The position numbers were made by a program, and so were the translations under genes. This document shows, piece after piece, positions 8,621 through 10,743 of a DNA stretch of 10,743 nt (position 1 is its first letter; every line of letters begins with the position of its first letter). The notes beneath the pieces are model-generated. The model was not told where the DNA came from. It did no database searches and worked only from the letters and a program-made list of their open reading frames with translations. Source of the DNA: Octopus sinensis (lineage: Eukaryota); contig NW_021827245.1 in NCBI RefSeq assembly GCF_006345805.1, positions 1-10,743 on the forward strand, read 5' to 3'.

Positions 8621-9012
8621 AGAGTGGATAGAAGAGAAAGAAAAATTGAGTAACATAGAAATGGGGAATGTGAGTGTGTATGAAGGAGAGAAACTTAGTG
8701 ATTAGAGAAAGAGCGTAAATATTGTCGTTGCTGTTGTCATCGTTAATGGTGGTGGTGTTGATGGAAGCGGTGAAGGTGGAGGTGACGTATAATTATACCC
8801 CCTGTCCTTCCTCTCACGATCACACCTCCTCTTGGATACCATTAATGGACAATTTACTGTCACCTTACTACAGCTCAAATATGGCGGAATTCCTGTCAAT
8901 TGATGGCACTCGAACAGCAACAACAGGCAATTTAACTCCTGGCGACTGTTTTGAAGAGTGCTGCTGTTGATTATGATGATGACAGTGGTGGTGATGGTAG
9001 TGTTGATGAAGA

Positions 9013-9027
9013 CGATAATAATAATGA

Positions 9028-9058
<31 letters not shown>

Positions 9059-9114
9059 GCTACTACTACTACTACTACTACTACTACTAATAATAATAAT
9101 AATAATAATAATAA
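9013..9114. repeat. (TAC)n followed by (TAA)n
   Basis: Read directly. Confidence 0.9.
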
Positions 9115-9133
9115 TTTTATTTCTATCAAAAAA

Positions 9134-9258
9134 AATGAACGAACTAGTGAGTTTAGTTTAATGGCCTACCAATGTATACTATGAGTTTCTTTGCCTTAGG
9201 AGTCGGGAAGACACTCGGCAAGAAATGGAAGCAAATTTGAAAGAAGAAGAAAAACCCA
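9134..9258 (+). mobile_element. Severely 5'-truncated copy (3' UTR only) of the R4/Dong-type LINE
   Basis: 9134-9242 aligns without gaps to 10256-10364 at about 82% (20 mismatches in 109, manual count). Flanked by TAA/AAT arrays. Confidence 0.75.
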
Positions 9259-9273
9259 TAAATAATAATAATG

Positions 9274-9323
<50 letters not shown>

Positions 9324-9339
9324 TATAATAATAATAATA
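9259..9339. repeat. (AAT)n array
   Basis: Read directly. Confidence 0.95.
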
Positions 9340-9374
9340 GCATCATAGCTGTGTGTTGAAAGGAATTCTTAAAG

Positions 9375-9672
9375 GTTTGGATAATTCACGTTTGGAAACA
9401 TGGCTGTTTCGTTCAACATCCTTTGACAATCCTTATTCAGGGACCTTTTGAGCGGGATGGGTTACTCGACCAGAAGAAAATTCTAACTGGGCCCCCACCT
9501 GCAAGGTTGTGTGCTGTTTATCTTGATACGAGATCACCATGTCGCGCACATATGGTTGTAATGTATGTGCCTGATGTACCCTTATCAGACGGGTAGTCAT
9601 GATGGGTATACTGGGCTTCGTATATTTTACCCCAGTGTCACTTTGATGGCATGCACTGCTCTCTCACTCAAT
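9375..9672 (+). mobile_element. 3' UTR of another non-LTR retrotransposon (possibly HERO/R2-like RLE clade)
   Basis: Complex block between AAT arrays ending GCATGCACTGCTCTCTCACTCAAT, followed closely by (AAT)n. I recall it as a common cephalopod LINE 3' end; the clade cannot be verified here because no ORF is present. Confidence 0.45.
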
Positions 9673-9677
9673 AAATA

Positions 9678-9723
9678 GAATAATAATAATAATAATAATA
9701 ATAATATATAATAATAATAATAA

Positions 9724-9755
<32 letters not shown>

Positions 9756-9758
9756 ATA

Positions 9759-9811
<53 letters not shown>

Positions 9812-9829
9812 TAATAATAATAATAATAT
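9678..9829. repeat. (AAT)n(AGT)n(AAT)n array
   Basis: Read directly. Confidence 0.95.
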
Positions 9830-9832
9830 AGT

Positions 9833-10175
9833 AACTTCCCAGTATGTACAGACTGGACTATCAAAGCTAATATGCCAGATATTGTTGTGAAAGACCAAAA
9901 CACTAAAGTCTATTTATTGATTGACATGAACAAGCCCTGTGACTATAATATCTCGGCAAAAGAATTTCATAAGATCAGAAGATATAAAGATTTCTTAATC
10001 GAAATCGAAAAGACATCGCGACGGTTACAATACCAATGATTGTAGGAGCACTCGGAATAATCAAAAAAGGAACTGAAAATGATTTAAGAATGATCCCTGG
10101 CTTAGCATCTATGCAGGAAGTGCAAAAGATTGTCTTAACTGGTCACACGTATTGAGAAGCGCATTGTCACAGTGA
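9833..10175 (+). pseudogene. C-terminal restriction-like endonuclease (RLE) domain of an R4/Dong-clade LINE, frameshifted
   Basis: Translation: NFPVCTDWTIKANMPDIVVKDQNTKVYLLIDMNKPCDYNISAKEFHKIRRYKDFLIEIEK, frameshift, TVTIPMIVGALGIIKKGTENDLRMIPGLASMQEVQKIVLTG, frameshift, HVLRSALSQ*. It carries the PD..ID..K..Y and VGALG motifs typical of R4/Dong RLE domains. Confidence 0.85.
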
Positions 10176-10388
10176 AATTTCTTTCCCCTTTTCCTCTTTA
10201 TTTTCTTGGTTTACGTTTTTATTTTTTTCCTTTCTCTCTGTCACATGACTTTGTAAATGAACAACCTGCTGTGTTTATTTTAATGGCCTACCAATGTATG
10301 CAGTGCGTTTCTTCGTCCTATGTGTCAGGAAGACACTCAGCAAGAAATGGAAACAGAATTGAAAAATTGACAATGAAAATACTAATAA
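9833..10388 (+). mobile_element. 5'-truncated R4/Dong-type LINE (RLE coding end plus 3' UTR)
   Basis: RLE pseudogene followed by a T-rich 3' UTR whose end is shared with 9134-9242; preceded by (AAT)n. Confidence 0.8.
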
Positions 10389-10727
10389 AAAGAGCACTCA
10401 GAGAGCGCAAACCTCCACCAAGGCAGCACCAACATCCTCTCAACGATTAGCAGGAGAGGAATTTTAAAATGAAAATATCTGAACTAAAATTGACTGCTCG
10501 CACAAACAAGAATACTAAAAATGAACCCGACCGCTCTCAAAAATTAAATAAGAAAAAACAGGAAAAATAATCCAGAATCCTTGTCCAGTACCGGATCGAT
10601 CCCAAAATCTACTCAGTTCGTGCCAGTCACAAGGTCAAATATCCCTGAAAGTTTCATCCGAAACCATCCAGTGGTTCTTGAGATATCTTGTTCACGAACA
10701 AACAAACAAAGACTAAACGACTACTTA
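10389..10727 (+). mobile_element. Non-autonomous Helentron/DINE-1-like element (probable)
   Basis: Starts AAGAGCACTCAGAGAGCGCAAACCTCCACCAAGG with a subterminal ACCTCC(G/A)CCAAGG-like motif at 10411-10423, then a core with palindrome GGATCGATCC (10593-10602) and (AACA)n at ~10697-10710. This layout matches HINE/DINE-1-like elements from recollection. The expected 3' hairpin is not seen. Confidence 0.5.
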
Positions 10728-10743
10728 AAACAAGGAAGAAAAA

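Noticed and set aside
8881-8970. Short ORF MAEFLSIDGTRTATTGNLTPGDCFEECCC* after an AG acceptor-like site, with a YY1-like AATATGGCGG
   Set aside because: 29 aa, running into a repeat-rich area, with no homology recognised and no donor site. A single motif is expected by chance.

Overview
Non-coding, repeat-saturated eukaryotic DNA with no supportable intact protein-coding gene. Nearly all supplied six-frame ORFs are translations of microsatellites. The SINE and LINE sequences resemble families I recall from Octopus/cephalopod genomes; this is an inference from memory, not a database result. Recognisable elements, all degenerate: a Penelope-like (Naiad-type) RT-thumb remnant (~2300-2455); an 87-bp-arm inverted repeat between (TA)n tracts whose arms carry minimal hammerhead-ribozyme-like motifs (3322-3535); a tRNA-headed CORE-like SINE with RTE-type tail and a near-perfect internal 130-bp tandem duplication (3930-4449); three copies of a second tRNA-derived SINE (5060-5291, 5292-5478, and minus-strand 8030-8173); a probable RTE 5' region (~5500-6170); a Tigger-like MITE with TA target-site duplication (8233-8414); a same-orientation nest of LINE 3' ends in (AAT)n arrays, including a clear R4/Dong-type restriction-like endonuclease pseudogene (9833-10175); and a Helentron/DINE-1-like element at the right end. 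The best lead is the hammerhead-like inverted repeat, probably an unusual member of the known PLE-ribozyme class rather than a wholly new system.
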